Positions 24,590-37,740 of a stretch of 64,000 nucleotides of DNA are shown one piece after another (position 1 is the first letter of the stretch; each line of letters opens with the position of its first letter). The stretch comes from Octopus bimaculoides (lineage: Eukaryota). The notes beneath the pieces were generated by a model that saw only the letters and a program-made list of their open reading frames with translations, was not told the origin of the DNA and did no database searches. A program made the position numbers and the translations under genes. Location: NCBI RefSeq assembly GCF_001194135.2, contig NC_068984.1, positions 53,467,886 through 53,531,885 of the forward strand. The letters run 5' to 3'.

Positions 24590-24930
24590 CAGAATGATTT
24601 CTTTTCTGCTTGCTGGGTTTGTAATCTGTGCAAGCCCTCCAAGACTGAGGAGCTTGATGCCGTTTATGGCCCTTTTAATCAATTGCGGGCGGGAACTCGT
24701 AGGAAAGATATGCGCAGGGAAAGATTCTAAATGACCGTTGATCCAGAGAAGATAGATTCGGCATAGTGATTAGGGCGGGACTAGAGTAGTTAGAACTCAC
24801 CAAGGTGGAAAGATAAATGGGTAGTGGTTTCCTGCATGGCGGAGGGGCGAGATCAGCTAGCTCCGAGTAGAGCGACAGAAAAATCAGAGAGAAGGGACAG
24901 AATAGATAGAGAAAAGAGAGAGTACAACTG
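24590..24930. other. GC-elevated unclassified block, possibly a retroelement 5' UTR or LTR relic
   Basis: Abrupt GC/CpG rise that truncates a SINE-B tail at about 24595. No ORF or family recognised. Confidence 0.3.
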
Positions 24931-26389
24931 TATGTGAGAAGCTGGATCGTGTCAATTAGTGATTAAATGCTAATCAGTTGAGTGGCCCTTCGCTAAGCGG
25001 TGATCTACCAAGTCAACGGTTTACCGCTCTCAAAGTAGTTTAATATTTGGATCTTTTCTATTTGGCTGCACTTTTTGAAATTTTAAGATTAAGTGAACAT
25101 TTTCAAATTTGGAGTTTTGATGTAATTTTTCACGCTGAATCTCAGGGCCTAATTCACTTGTTCCAGACAAAAAAAAGTTATAGAAGTTAATAGTTTGATA
25201 ATTTTTCACCCACTCAGAAAAAAAATTTGGAAGCTGTCATTTTGTGCGTAAGACGACAAACCAGTAATGTCAACATTGCAAAGATAGTACGTACTGTAAG
25301 TATTTAATAAGTGAAAAATGACCAAAGAACGAATAAACAACACATATTTTGTAGTTTTATCCACTCAATATGCATTTAATGCGAAAACAAGAGCAAAAAT
25401 ACATTTTGTAGCTTTAAGATCAGAAAAAGAAAAACAAACTATAAGCAAATGAAATATTTCGTAAACACACGTTTTTCGTTTTTCATAAACGCACGTGGTT
25501 TATACAGGAAAGTTCCCGACGTTTGGTTTGTTACTATAGAAATAGGCATCTATATGTCTGGTTTTCGATTGGCTAAAATTACCCTAAATTTGCAAACTTT
25601 TAAAGCTATTAATTGCTTAAATATTGATTTATGGCGAAAATGAATTTGATATCAATAATGAGGATAGAAAATTACATCAATGCACCAAATTTAAAATCAG
25701 ATGGAACAAAATTGAAGAAAGTGAAAAGTGGCAGCCAAACAGAAAAAGATCTTAATATTCTCTTCCAATATTCATATAAACTACGGTGCAATCATTTGGA
25801 CTCATATTTAACACTGGGGCACATTGGATTGAAACTATCCACTTTTTAAGTACTGCTTTCTGCGTGATGGATTATTTTAATCCCATTTTTAAAATTGATA
25901 TAACTAGAAATCCTTATTTTGTTAACTACCCAGGTTTAACAAATGAGTTCGAGATGCATAGAGAGATGCTTAATACCCCACCTCGTAATTAAGTATCTAA
26001 TTAAAATTAATTGCTTTTGGTAATTTTACATCTCTGCACGTCCTCGATAGTTGAAGGAACCATTTTCAAGTTTAGCTTTTAAGAATAATATTTGTGTGCA
26101 ACATGGAGCGTCTTTTTATCCTAAGATCTCGGCTTCAAAGGATTTTAAATTGGAATGGTTGCTTTTCTCTTCAAACTAGACAAATATCTCAATCTAAAAC
26201 AGAAAAAAAGACTTTACTTCTAAAGAACATCCTTATCTATCACTGCACTGGACGCAGATATAGGTATAATCTTATAACAGTCAAGTCACTGTTGTGGCTG
26301 GGCATTTCGATAAGGATATTACAGCCAAGGAATTATAATAAAATGAGATAAATCAATATTTTACACACACACATACACGCACAAAAATA

Positions 26390-26427
<38 letters not shown>

Positions 26428-26823
26428 GAATGGAAAACAAAATGGAGAATTGCAAGGCAATACGAAATCAACTCACACAAAGTGATTAAAGCGGTTAATG
26501 TTAAAATCAAACATAAAAAAATTTGCAGTTAAATAGTGAAATGAACGGGATAAATCTTGTAATAGGAGTACAAAATTGTTTGATTATGATAGTGTCTTAA
26601 AAGTGGATGTGTGCTCCACAAAAAGTTGCATGTTAAAGAGAAGGTCAGCAAAGTGAAATATCAATGGAGGAAGTGTCTACGTGGTCGCTCGATCTACTTG
26701 AAATAACAGCCAAATATCCTTTATATGTCACCCTTACTGTTATAAAAAATAGATACACAGGATAATGAATTTGGTGTTATGCACGAATTGTCACAACTGA
26801 AATACTTTTGATCAAAAGTCGAC

Positions 26824-26849
26824 TTATCATCATCATCACCACCACCACC

Positions 26850-26881
<32 letters not shown>

Positions 26882-26962
26882 CAGCAGCAGCAGCAGTAGC
26901 AGCAGCTGCAGCAGCAGTAGCAGCAGCTGCAGCAGCAACAACAACAACAGCAACAACAACAA
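26824..26962. repeat. Compound trinucleotide microsatellite (CAT)(CAC)(CAA)(CAG)
   Basis: Directly visible; interrupts module-E sequence. Confidence 0.9.
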
Positions 26963-27184
26963 AGTGTTAGCTAGATTTGCTAGAAACAGCAGCCACAATT
27001 TCCCAATTTTCTTCAAATCGTACTCTATTATCTTCAAAAAGAGAATGATGCATTGTACGATGTAGGTCTTAAAGCAGTATGTAAAAAAAAAAAGAAAAAG
27101 ACGGAGTGGGCACGACTGGGTTGCTTATGGCCAGAGTTCTGTTCGATCTGGGCTCATCTGAGATTAAACAACAACAATAACCAA

Positions 27185-27365
27185 ATAATGGTTTCAGATT
27201 AAGGCACAAGGCCAACGCTTTTGAAGTGAAGGGCATTTGTCAATTACGCCGACCTCAGAACGTAAGTAATGTTTTATTTTATTGATCTTGAAGGAACGAA
27301 AATGAAAGTTGACTTTGGCGGGACTTGAATCCAGAATGTAAAGAGCTAGAAGAAATACTTACAAG
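27185..27365 (-). mobile_element. SINE-B, decayed
   Basis: GGCACAAGGCC...TTTATTGATCTTGAAGGAACGAAAATGAAAGTTGACTTTGGCGGGACTTGAATCCAGAATG. Confidence 0.7.
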
Positions 27366-28299
27366 GGTAAAAAAAAAAAAATAGAGAAATAGAGACAAAT
27401 AACAAAAAGAGCGCAATAAGCGGTTAAAATAGATAAAAAATAGTTTAAGGAAAACTAAAAATTTTGAGGATATACAGTTTTAGAAAATGGAGGTTATATA
27501 GTAGAAAATGAAGGACATCTTGAAAAAAGTTACTGACTTGGAGTGAAAAATGCATAGGTCGCGCAGAGTTATAGTTCTTGGCTGAAAAGTTATTTTTTTA
27601 TTTTATCTCTTTTCATGGCATGCATACAGAAATTTAGGTTTTGGTAAAGAAATGTCAGTTACTTTCCCTTCCCACCACTATACATAGAAACATCAACGTT
27701 TAAAAATTACATGTTTACTACGTGTATGGTAGCTATTATAAAATTCAATTCGTCCCGACGAAGAGGCTTCTTACGTAGTCGATTGACTAGAGAAAAATAG
27801 CAACCAAGTTCTCCTCAAAACCGTATTTTAGCATTCTGGATATACTGTTTGAAATTAAGACGAGTTGGTCATACTAGAACGCTTTGGTTACAGGCCTGCT
27901 TGAGTGAAGCTGAATTTTGATCAGAGTTAAAGAAGAATAAAATGGTAATGAAGAAAACGAAAAGAAAAAGAAGACGATGACAAGGAAGAAGAATAAGAAC
28001 AACAACAACAACGACGATGATCATAACTGCACGACATCCAGAGGAATTGTATCGAAGTTTAGAATGCTAGTAGTTGAACAAATAGCGTGTCGAAAAATAT
28101 TCTTGTCTAGTTTCCATTGCTGAAATACTATCAATAGGAGTGATATGGGAAAAAGAATTATGGTAACGGTATAACCACCTTATAAAACAGCATAGCCTTC
28201 CATAAGATTTCACATTTATAGATTATAGAATACCGAAACATCTTCAAGAAAAAACAAAATGATGCAGAATGTAACATTTTAGCGAAGACTATAAAACGT

Positions 28300-28960
28300 T
28301 AATATATTCGATAAAAAAAAAACCCCATAGTATATTGATCCCTGAACTAATACCTCGAGAAGGTCAGAAGCAGGTCAAAACTAGTAACCTGAAAAGGTCA
28401 AAATCAATAATCCTCTATGGGAAAATAACAATTTTTATATGAAGATTGAAAACGGCTGTAGACTCAAAAAGGAGGTTGCAGACTTAAAAGAAGCTTGCAG
28501 ACATTTTTGTTCAAACGTCTAGAAATACTAGTACATAAAGATGTACATAATTTTGAGAAAATAATGCATATATGATTCTAAATATAAAAGACAAAAAGAA
28601 AAAAACTTGCTAAATTGAAATCTAAGCGAGCAAGGAATTAAGCGATTAACCGAAGTCTGAATTAGACATCAAGATATTACGGAAAAGATAAATATAAAGT
28701 TTGGAAGATTGGGTGACAAAGACATGACGATTAATATTTCGAGTTTCATTTGTAAGAAATTAAAGGAATTGTTCGTTGAGATAACAACGATAATGGATTA
28801 TATATAAGTTTTTCTTTTTGAAATACCAGCATAAAATAGATCGCACTCAGTTTTGATGGCAAAATAATACAATAGTAATAATGCAGAACAGGATTTGGGA
28901 ATACAAGTTTGAAATAGAGCAGAATTCACATAAGAATATGGCAGCTCTTAATTTACAACA
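28300..28960 (+). mobile_element. Very decayed LINE RT relic (CR1-like)
   Basis: Only faint motifs: DLKEACR (compare DFxKAFD) and EQDLGIQV (compare ERDLGV). Many stops. Confidence 0.35.
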
Positions 28961-29914
28961 TCCATCAAAGCAAAGCATAGATAAAAGTTTTTGTAATAAT
29001 CTACACACAAAAGTTGATTAGAAATTTGTGTTATACTAAAAAGTTTTTGTAAAAATCTGCTCACACAAGTTAATTTGATAATTTGTGTCGTAGAAAAAAG
29101 TGGCATGGAAAATGTGCGTAATTTCTTCAGTGTTTTATAAAGTCAGTTGGATAATGTGTGTTAAAAAATGTTCAGACATTTTTCTGCATGTAAAATTAAA
29201 AAGTTTACGAGCACAGCATAAATACTTGTAAACATAAACTTGAATAATATTCGCGTTTTTAAACTGATAGTAGTTATTCTATCGAGGCAATATCAAGGTA
29301 GAAGATCACTGCTAATAAAGAGAAAGGAAACAGCCAGGAGAGACTAAATATGGAAAATAGCCCCAATCCACAAAAGACTCACAATTTGCCAGTCTCTGAT
29401 TGGCTACAATTTCTGATTATCGCAAATAACACACGTGACAACAGTGAAACGTCATAAGCATAAGGTCTCAATACGTCTTCTGTATTTTTAAAATGTATCT
29501 ATACAATGCACCAGACACGAGCCAATGAAGAAGCCTGTAGTTGATTAATCAATCTGCAAGAAATACTAGCTAAATTCCCCTCAAACCAAATATGCTATCT
29601 TAAACAAAGGCGATTAACTGAATTCCTACGCGTGAAATTAAGATTTCAGTGGATGAATATTTCATCGTTAAGCATTTTTTAAAGAAATTCTCAAACCGAA
29701 TATCAGTTGGACACACTAGAGAGAAAGAGAGACGGAGATAGATAGGTAGATAGTGTGTTTGACTTTTAGTACTGACCTCAAGCCTTTAAAAAGTGAGAGG
29801 CAAATTGACCCCGGCAGGATTTGAACCCAGGACACAGAGAAGCGGAACGAATACCACAAAGCACGCTGATGGTCTGACGATTTTGCCATTTCACCGCCTT
29901 CTTAAGCGAGGAAT

Positions 29915-30303
29915 TTTTGTTGTTGGCACTCAGTCGCTTACGACATCGAGGGTTCCAGTTGATCCGATCAACGGAACAGCCTGCTCGTGAAATTAACGTG
30001 CAAGTGGCTGAGCACTCCACAGACACGTGTACCCTTAACGTAGTTCTCGGGGATATTCAGTGTGACACAGTGTGACAAGGCTGACCCTTTGAATTACAGG
30101 TACAACAGAAACAGGAAGTAAGAGTGAGAGAAAGTTGTGGTGGAAGAATACAACAGGGTTCGCCACCATCCCCTGCCGGGGGCTCGTGGAGCTTTTAGGT
30201 GTTTTCGCTCAATAAACACTCACAACGCCCAGTCTGGGAATCTAAACCGCGATCTTATGACTGCGAGTCCGCCGCCCTAACCACTGGGCCATTGCGCCTC
30301 CAC
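29915..30303 (-). mobile_element. SINE-A, young copy
   Basis: 12-bp TSD TAAGCGAGGAAT at 29903-29914 and 30304-30315. It abuts an older SINE-B-like copy at 29765-29900. Confidence 0.92.
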
Positions 30304-30642
30304 TAAGCGAGGAATAACACATTGGATAATATAGTCCTAGATAACTCTAAAAGTCGAATTGTTTATGGTTAGAATGTCATCGATCATAGGCATTTCATAA
30401 TAGAGTTAAATAACAGCAACAACACATCAGAAAATATGTACTTACAGCAACATAGCTTACCAACATTATATTTATATATATTAGTGTTTTTGAACATTTG
30501 ATGGGTTTTTGGGTAGAGCATGCGCTACTCTGATAATGATGCTATATAAAGCAGACTATTTCCTCTGCATTCAGAATCTATAGGCAGAGACGACAAGAAC
30601 ACTCTCTAAAAAGGAACCATGCCAATATGTTTCAATCTCGTT

Positions 30643-30861
30643 TAAGGCGGCGAGCTGGCAGAAACGTTAGCACGCCGGGCGAAATGCTTAGCGGTATTTC
30701 GTCTGTCTTTACGTTTTGAGTTCAAATTCCGCCGAGGTCGACTTTACTTTATATCCTTTGGGAATCGATAAATTAAGCACCAGTTGCAGACTGGGGTTGA
30801 TCTAATCGACTGGGCCCCTCCTCCAAAATTTCGGGCCTTGTGCCCAGAGTAGAAAAGGAAT
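30643..30861 (+). mobile_element. SINE-B, well preserved
   Basis: TAAGGCGGCGAGCTGGCAGAAACGTTAGCACGCCGGGCG...GAGTTCAAATTCC (B box)...GGCCTTGTGCC. Confidence 0.92.
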
Positions 30862-30899
30862 CTCTTTCAAAGTTACAAAGACAATTACTACATATAACA

Positions 30900-31440
30900 A
30901 AAATCAATACCGCAGTTCCACCTACTAAATATGATTAACACGCATCTAAAATCCTCAGATTCACCACAAATGTTTCGCTTATACATTACCGAGGATATCG
31001 CCTGGTATACGTGCATACTCATCATACTTCACTTTAAAGACTGCCCTTCTTCTTCATGATCAGAAAGTACTTCATCAAATCCCCAAACTATTCACTCAAT
31101 AAATTTCGTGTGAGACCGCTATAGAGAATCGATCCAACATCTGGGATAGTACTGTTGCTACACACATAGATATTATATATTCCAAAAGAGGCTACTTCAC
31201 TGATTCGCGTGAAGTCGGTCGCCAGCACACTCCAACCTTTGATCCACAGAAATGCTGTTTACACTCGCTGCATTCTCTACTGCTACCGCTGTGACTCCTG
31301 CTCCCTGGAATTCGCTGGTCTTGTACCACCTTCACACAGGTGATCCTGACTCGTGCTCTCCTTATTTATATTCTCCCCACCTCATTCCAGGCCTTACACT
31401 AGGCAATCCCCGGCCGTATTTTTCTTGTAGCTATCGATTT
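30900..31440 (+). mobile_element. CR1-group LINE, decayed 3' end of ORF2
   Basis: VRP...SNIWDSTVATHID and FYCYRCDSCSLEFAGLVPP resemble IRPxMEYCSHIW and FYRYYxGxCSxELxxLVP. A related relic lies at about 61850-62200. Confidence 0.6.
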
Positions 31441-32533
31441 GCAAATGTCTTAGACGAATATGAAATACATCAATCTCACCAATCTCCATCAACAAATAAA
31501 TGAGGAGAAAAGTCGATTCGTTATTTAATACGAATGGTATAACTTGCGTGAGAAGTTGGTTGCTATTTTTTAGCTGGTCGATGGATCACACAAACACAGA
31601 GAAGCTGTCCTTGTTGGCTGCAGATAAAATTACGATGAGAGATGAAGAAACACAAGATGGTTTAAAGGAAATAACTGTCAGGAAAGATAAACATTACAGT
31701 GACAAACATTATGGAAAGCAAATGAGAAAAATAGCGCGGAATCAATCAGTATTAGGTATTGAGAAAACAAAAACCACTAAAGGGATTGAATTAATTATGA
31801 TAGAACAAGAATAGGAGAAAAAGAACAAATCGTATCAAAGACTGAATAGAAATGCAGCAAGCTACGTGGGGGATGTAAAGAAGACAGTTTGGACGTGTGA
31901 TGAAGTAAACGAAATTGATAATTATTTGGTTAGGAAACGTATGAAAATATCCTAAAGAGATGAGGTGAAAAAAAAAATCCCAACAGACGTTAGATATCGG
32001 AGAACATTCGAGAAGATTGGGATGAAAATAAACGAGAAATGACAGACGTAAACGAGAAACAACAATGCGGGATACAATTCTGCAGGAATTGTTTGTTCAA
32101 ACAGGTCACCGTTAATAATGTAACAATTCAACTAAATGTAATACTAATTGATAAGGTAATGAATAAAGCGAACCATGTCAGAGGGAATTTTATCATTCCC
32201 CCCAGACAATAGAGGTGTTCTGTAAGGAATGAAAAACGATCGATATTTACAGGAACTGAGCAATGGAATTAAAACAATGGCGGAAATTATAAAGTGTCTG
32301 TAATGCTAAACAGGACTGAATATGATTAATGGCATTTTAAAAAATGTATTGCTCTGAGGATCTTCCTAGTTGACATAGCTGTATGGTTAAGAAGCTCGGT
32401 TTGCAATCTCGTGGTTTCGAATTCATTTCCATTACACGGCAACTTGAGCTTGTATCTTCTACTATTGTCTCGGGCTGACCGATACATTGTCAGTATAACA
32501 ACTACACACCGATGATTTATTTATAATGATCAA

Positions 32534-32604
32534 AAGTTTGTGTTGCACATAAGTTTGTGTTGCACATAAGTTTGTGTTGCACATAAGTTTGTGTTGCACA
32601 TAAG
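32534..32604 (+). repeat. 17-bp tandem repeat (AAGTTTGTGTTGCACAT) x4, perfect
   Basis: Units start at 32534, 32551, 32568 and 32585. Confidence 0.95.
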
Positions 32605-32639
32605 CTCACTCTCTCCATCAAATCGGCAGTACCTGTACA

Positions 32640-32782
32640 GGTAAAGACGAGCCACGTGTCAGATGATAGAATGATCGAAGAGCAATGTGAAATGAAGTAT
32701 TTTGCTCAAAGTATTTTGCAACACCCTGTCTGGGAATCGAAACCACGATCTCGCATTCGTGAGGGAAACACTCTAATCACAC
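32640..32782 (-). mobile_element. tRNA-headed SINE with core module M2, decayed
   Basis: GAGCAATGTGAAATGAAGTATTTTGCTCAA...GGGAATCGAAACCACGATC. Confidence 0.6.
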
Positions 32783-32790
32783 ACATCTTC

Positions 32791-32825
<35 letters not shown>

Positions 32826-32865
32826 AAGATAGATAGACAGACAGACAGGCACACACACACACATA

Positions 32866-33140
32866 TCCTTTTACTTGTTTCAGTCATTCGACTGAAACCA
32901 TGCTGGGTCATCGCCTTGAAGGATTTAGTCGAAATCGACCTCAATATTTATTTTTAAGCCTGTACTTATTCTCTCGCCACGAACATCGGTGGTGGTGGAC
33001 AGACAGACAGACAGGCACACACATACACGTCGATATATATATAAGGGGTTTCGTTCAGTTTCTGTCTACCAAATCTACTCACAAGGGTTTGGTCGGTTCG
33101 GGGCTTCTGTAGAAGCCACTTGCCTAAAGTGCTACGCAAG
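32866..33140 (-). mobile_element. SINE-C, 5'-truncated
   Basis: Tail, microsatellite and head/core are contiguous, followed by (CTTT)n and (ATAC)n arrays. Another SINE-C head lies at 32372-32500 (+). Confidence 0.75.
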
Positions 33141-33152
33141 TACCCCACTTTC

Positions 33153-33246
<94 letters not shown>

Positions 33247-33253
33247 CGTTTCC

Positions 33254-33285
<32 letters not shown>

Positions 33286-33439
33286 CATACTTACATGCAT
33301 ACATACATACATACATACATACACACATACATACATACATACATACATACACACACACATAGATACATACATACATGCGTACGTACACACACACATATAA
33401 ATGCATACATACATACATACATGCATACATACACACACG

Positions 33440-33470
<31 letters not shown>

Positions 33471-34226
33471 GCGTACGTACACACACATATAAATGCATAC
33501 ATACATACATACATACATACATACATACACACATACATACATATAATCATGTGTGCATGCATCTAAGTATGTGTCAGTAGGCTTGTATATGTATATATAT
33601 GTCTATATTAAATCTAATACACTGTCTGATAAACGTATATTCAATCTCACTATGGAAATATAACAAGGGAATATATGTATATATAGTTATGCAAAACAAC
33701 GCTTATTTTGGAGTTTTATTAATATATATTAATATAATACACTTTATTAACACATACATAATACATACATACATACATACATACATAAAAGGACCTCCGT
33801 TGCCATCGACAATGAATATCCCCAGCGTTAGATCAATGAAGCAGTTTACATGTAAAATTAGGGTGTCTGTGGCGGAATATGCAACAGACCTGGGCACTTT
33901 TAAAGTAATTACTTATAGTTTAGAGAAACGGTGTGACATAAAGTTGGCAAGAATGGGTCATTGAATTTCAGGTATAATCCATTCGAAACGCTTCCATGCA
34001 GTTTTTACCCACATAGTTTCATTTACAATTGGATAATTGGATAATTGGATAATTAGAGACCATGTTAAAAAACATGTCCAAGTTTGCCAATCTATGGTGT
34101 CGAACTATGAGACACAATATTGCAAGGCGAACTTTTTAACCTTTCGATTTTGCATGCATACATAGGCGCACATACATGCACACATACATGCACACATACA
34201 TGCGCGCATACATGCACACACAATAC

Positions 34227-35277
34227 ATGATGGCTGCCCCCTCGTTATCGAGTATGGCCATTGCACGAAGCTTAACTTAACGGTGCTGTGATCGAATGTG
34301 ACTTTTTAGCCCAGCCAAAGATCTACAATGTCTTGCACAGAATTGGCATCCAAAACCTTTACTGGCAATAGCTGGCTGTTGTTGTAATTGGGCTCCATGT
34401 ACCTTTGCGTGTCGTTTAAGTCCTCCTGCTGAATCACACTCCCTTCCACATGCCCGACAGACACGATTAGTATGGTGTGTAGCATCATCACCAGCGGCCT
34501 GGTAGTCAATCATCGGTCTTGCTTTATGACTACGAAGATGACTCATAAGNNNNNNNNNNNNNNNNNNNNNNNNNNNNNNNNNNNNNNNNNNNNNNNNNNN
34601 NNNNNNNNNNNNNNNNNNNNNNNNNNNNNNNNNNNNNNNNNNNNNNNNNNNNNNNNNNNNNNNNNNNNNNNNNNNNNNNNNNNNNNNNNNNNNNNNNNNN
34701 NNNNNNNNNNNNNNNNNNNNNNNNNNNNNNNNNNNNNNNNNNNNNNNNNNNNNNNNNNNNNNNNNNNNNNNNNNNNNNNNNNNNNNNNNNNNNNNNNNNN
34801 NNNNNNNNNNNNNNNNNNNNNNNNNNNNNNNNNNNNNNNNNNNNNNNNNNNNNNNNNNNNNNNNNNNNNNNNNNNNNNNNNNNNNNNNNNNNNNNNNNNN
34901 NNNNNNNNNNNNNNNNNNNNNNNNNNNNNNNNNNNNNNNNNNNNNNNNNNNNNNNNNNNNNNNNNNNNCTCAAAAATAGTTGTCCCCTCATGCACAATCT
35001 TTCTCCACCTGCCACGGTCAGTAGCAATGCCTTCCCACGTGTTAGGGGAGATGTTGGAATCTCTCAAGGAAACCTTCAGCAAGTCTTTATATCTCTTTTT
35101 TGGTTTATGTGGAGGTCGTTCTCTTTTAGCTAACTCTCCATAAAAGAGTTGTTTTGGCATCCTTGAATCTTTCATCCTGACCAGATGACCACTCCATCTG
35201 AGCCTTTGCTTCAACACAAGAGCTTCTATACTTTCACACCGAGAGCTTTCCAATATCTCAAGGTCGCTGATGCATAA
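34227..35277 (-). mobile_element. RTE-clade LINE 3' portion with tandem C-terminal C2H2 zinc fingers (spans a gap)
   Basis: LKQRLRWSGHLVRMKDSRMPKQLFYGEL...PKKRYKD...DRGRWR is open on one side of the gap. LMSHLRSH...CRACGRECDSAGGLKRHAKVH...CQFCARHCRSLAGLKSHIRSQHR* is open on the other. A short 3' UTR follows; possible TSD AATACAT (34222-34228 / 35276-35282). Confidence 0.88.
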
Positions 35278-36385
35278 TACATACATACATACATACATAC
35301 ATACATACATACATACATACATTCATACATACATACATACATACGCATTTGCACACAAATGTATGTATACACACATATATATGTATATGTGTATGAGTGT
35401 ATATGCGTGAATGTGAGCTTATATATAGGAATACATGCATGCATAATACATATATATAGGTATTCATGTAATTCATGTAAATATATATCTATATCTATCT
35501 ATATATNNNNNNNNNNNNNNNNNNNNNNNNNNNNNNNNNNNNNNNNNNNNNNNNNNNNNNNNNNNNNNNNNNNNNNNNNNNNNNNNNNNNNNNNNNNNNN
35601 NNNNNNNNNNNNNNNNNNNNNNNNNNNNNNNNNNNNNNNNNNNNNNNNNNNNNNNNNNNNNNNNNNNNNNNNNNNNNNNNNNNNNNNNNNNNNNNNNNNN
35701 NNNNNNNNNNNNNNNNNNNNNNNNNNNNNNNNNNNNNNNNNNNNNNNNNNNNNNNNNNNNNNNNNNNNNNNNNNNNNNNNNNNNNNNNNNNNNNNNNNNN
35801 NNNNNNNNNNNNNNNNNNNNNNNNNNNNNNNNNNNNNNNNNNNNNNNNNNNNNNNNNNNNNNNNNNNNNNNNNNNNNNNNNNNNNNNNNNNNNNNNNNNN
35901 NNNNNNNNNNNNNNNNNNNNNNNNNNNNNNNNNNNNNNNNNNNNNNNNNNNNNNNNNNNNNNNNNNNNNNNNNNNNNNNNNNNNNNNNNNNNNNNNNNNN
36001 NATATATATATATATATATATATATACATACATGCATATATGTATGTATATATATGTATACACACATATGCATGAATCTATCTATCTATCTACCTCTCCC
36101 CTTCTATGTATGTATATACACACACATAAATATATACGCACATATACACATATATGAATGTACACTCCCATATCTCTGTGTGTGAGCATGCATACGTATA
36201 AACAGACATGCATAAAAATATATGCATATATATACAAGCATACACATACAATATGTAAGGGTCGACCGTGCATACACAGAAATGTATATACTTATGCATT
36301 TGAATGCTTGTTTGGGCGTGAATTACGAATAAGAACATATATATCCATATAAAGGCATACACGCATAATACAAACATTTAGGTGT

Positions 36386-36437
<52 letters not shown>

Positions 36438-36479
36438 TGTATCTCTATCTATCTATCTAGCTAGCTAGCTAGCTTTCTT

Positions 36480-36514
<35 letters not shown>

Positions 36515-36524
36515 NNNNNNNNNN

Positions 36525-36560
<36 letters not shown>

Positions 36561-37254
36561 CACACATATATGTGAACGAACACTCTTCATGTGTCTGTGA
36601 GTATGTGTGAGAGCATACATACATACATACATACATATATACATACATACATACATACATACATATACGTTTTCATTCACAGCAGCCAATAATAATAAAA
36701 AATATGTTTATTGGTTTATATAAGCAATATCATATTAGATTTTTTTCATTTTCAGAAACAAGTCACCGTATTATGTATTTAGAGAATAGCATCTGATATA
36801 TATTCCTTTTGAAGTCGAAATGCCAGCTTCAACAAATGCACATGTATATAGGAATCATAGCGAAAATATTATTTTGTCTCTCAATTCAACTTGATATTTA
36901 TATCTTATTTATTTGAAACAAATTAAAGATAAAAAACAAACAAAAAAAACCCAAAACCATACACTTCAGAAGCAATATTAAAAAGTAAATAGAGTAAATT
37001 TAGGACAAAACAATATCCTCGTATATTAATAATTATTAACTTTTGTATGATTTATGTTGCTAAAAATACACGCCTGTAATGAGCTTTGTTGGACTAAGTT
37101 GATCTAATTTACGAAGAGCCGTTTGATAGGGCAAAATCTTGGTTAAGTACAAATATTTACAAGTTTGGAAGATTGAAAGAATTAGTATTGATTTCTTATA
37201 TAGCCACAAGGCCTAAAAGTCTATGGAGTGGATATCGTATCACATATTTTCATT

Positions 37255-37465
37255 TATCTTTTACTTGCTTCAGTCATTTTGACTGCGGCTATGTTGGGGT
37301 TACCACCTAGAAGGGTTTTATCGAATGAATCGACCCCGGTATTATTTTTTCGAAAGCTGGTACTGACTGTATCGGTCATTTTTGCAGAAAACCGCTACAT
37401 TACGTGGACGCAAAGAAATCAACACCGGTTGTCAAGTGGTAGTGAGGGACAAACAGAGCACAACA
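37255..37465 (-). mobile_element. SINE-C 3' half
   Basis: TTTTACTTGCTTCAGTCATTTTGACTGCGGCTATG...GGTTGTCAAGTGG followed by (ATAC)n. Confidence 0.8.
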
Positions 37466-37740
37466 TGATACATACATACATACATACATACATACATACA
37501 TACATACTTACATACTTACATACTTACATACTTACGTACGTACATACAAAAATACATACATACATACATACATACATACATACATACATACATACATACN
37601 NNNNNNNNNCTTACGTACGTACATACAAAAATACATACATACATACATACATACATACATACATACATACATACATACATACTTACATACATACAAAAAT
37701 ACAAAAATACATACATACATACATACATACATACATACAT

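Noticed and set aside
26808-27065. Poly-T/N/S and poly-L ORFs (also 17552, 59207, 62633)
   Set aside because: These are translations of triplet microsatellites with no splice context or unique coding flanks.
32534-32604. CRISPR-like array
   Set aside because: There are no spacers; it is a simple tandem repeat in animal DNA.
33785-34220. Possible non-autonomous Helentron around the RTE insertion
   Set aside because: Only stylistic resemblance; termini and subterminal inverted repeats could not be demonstrated.
36731-36850. Strong acceptor TTTTTTTCATTTTCAG (similar ones at 4723, 42047, 46252)
   Set aside because: There is no good paired donor or meaningful open frame; such tracts are frequent in AT-rich DNA.
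37530-37660. Duplicated CTTACGTACGTACATACAAAAATAC on both sides of a 10-N gap
   Set aside because: Probably an unmerged contig overlap rather than a real duplication.
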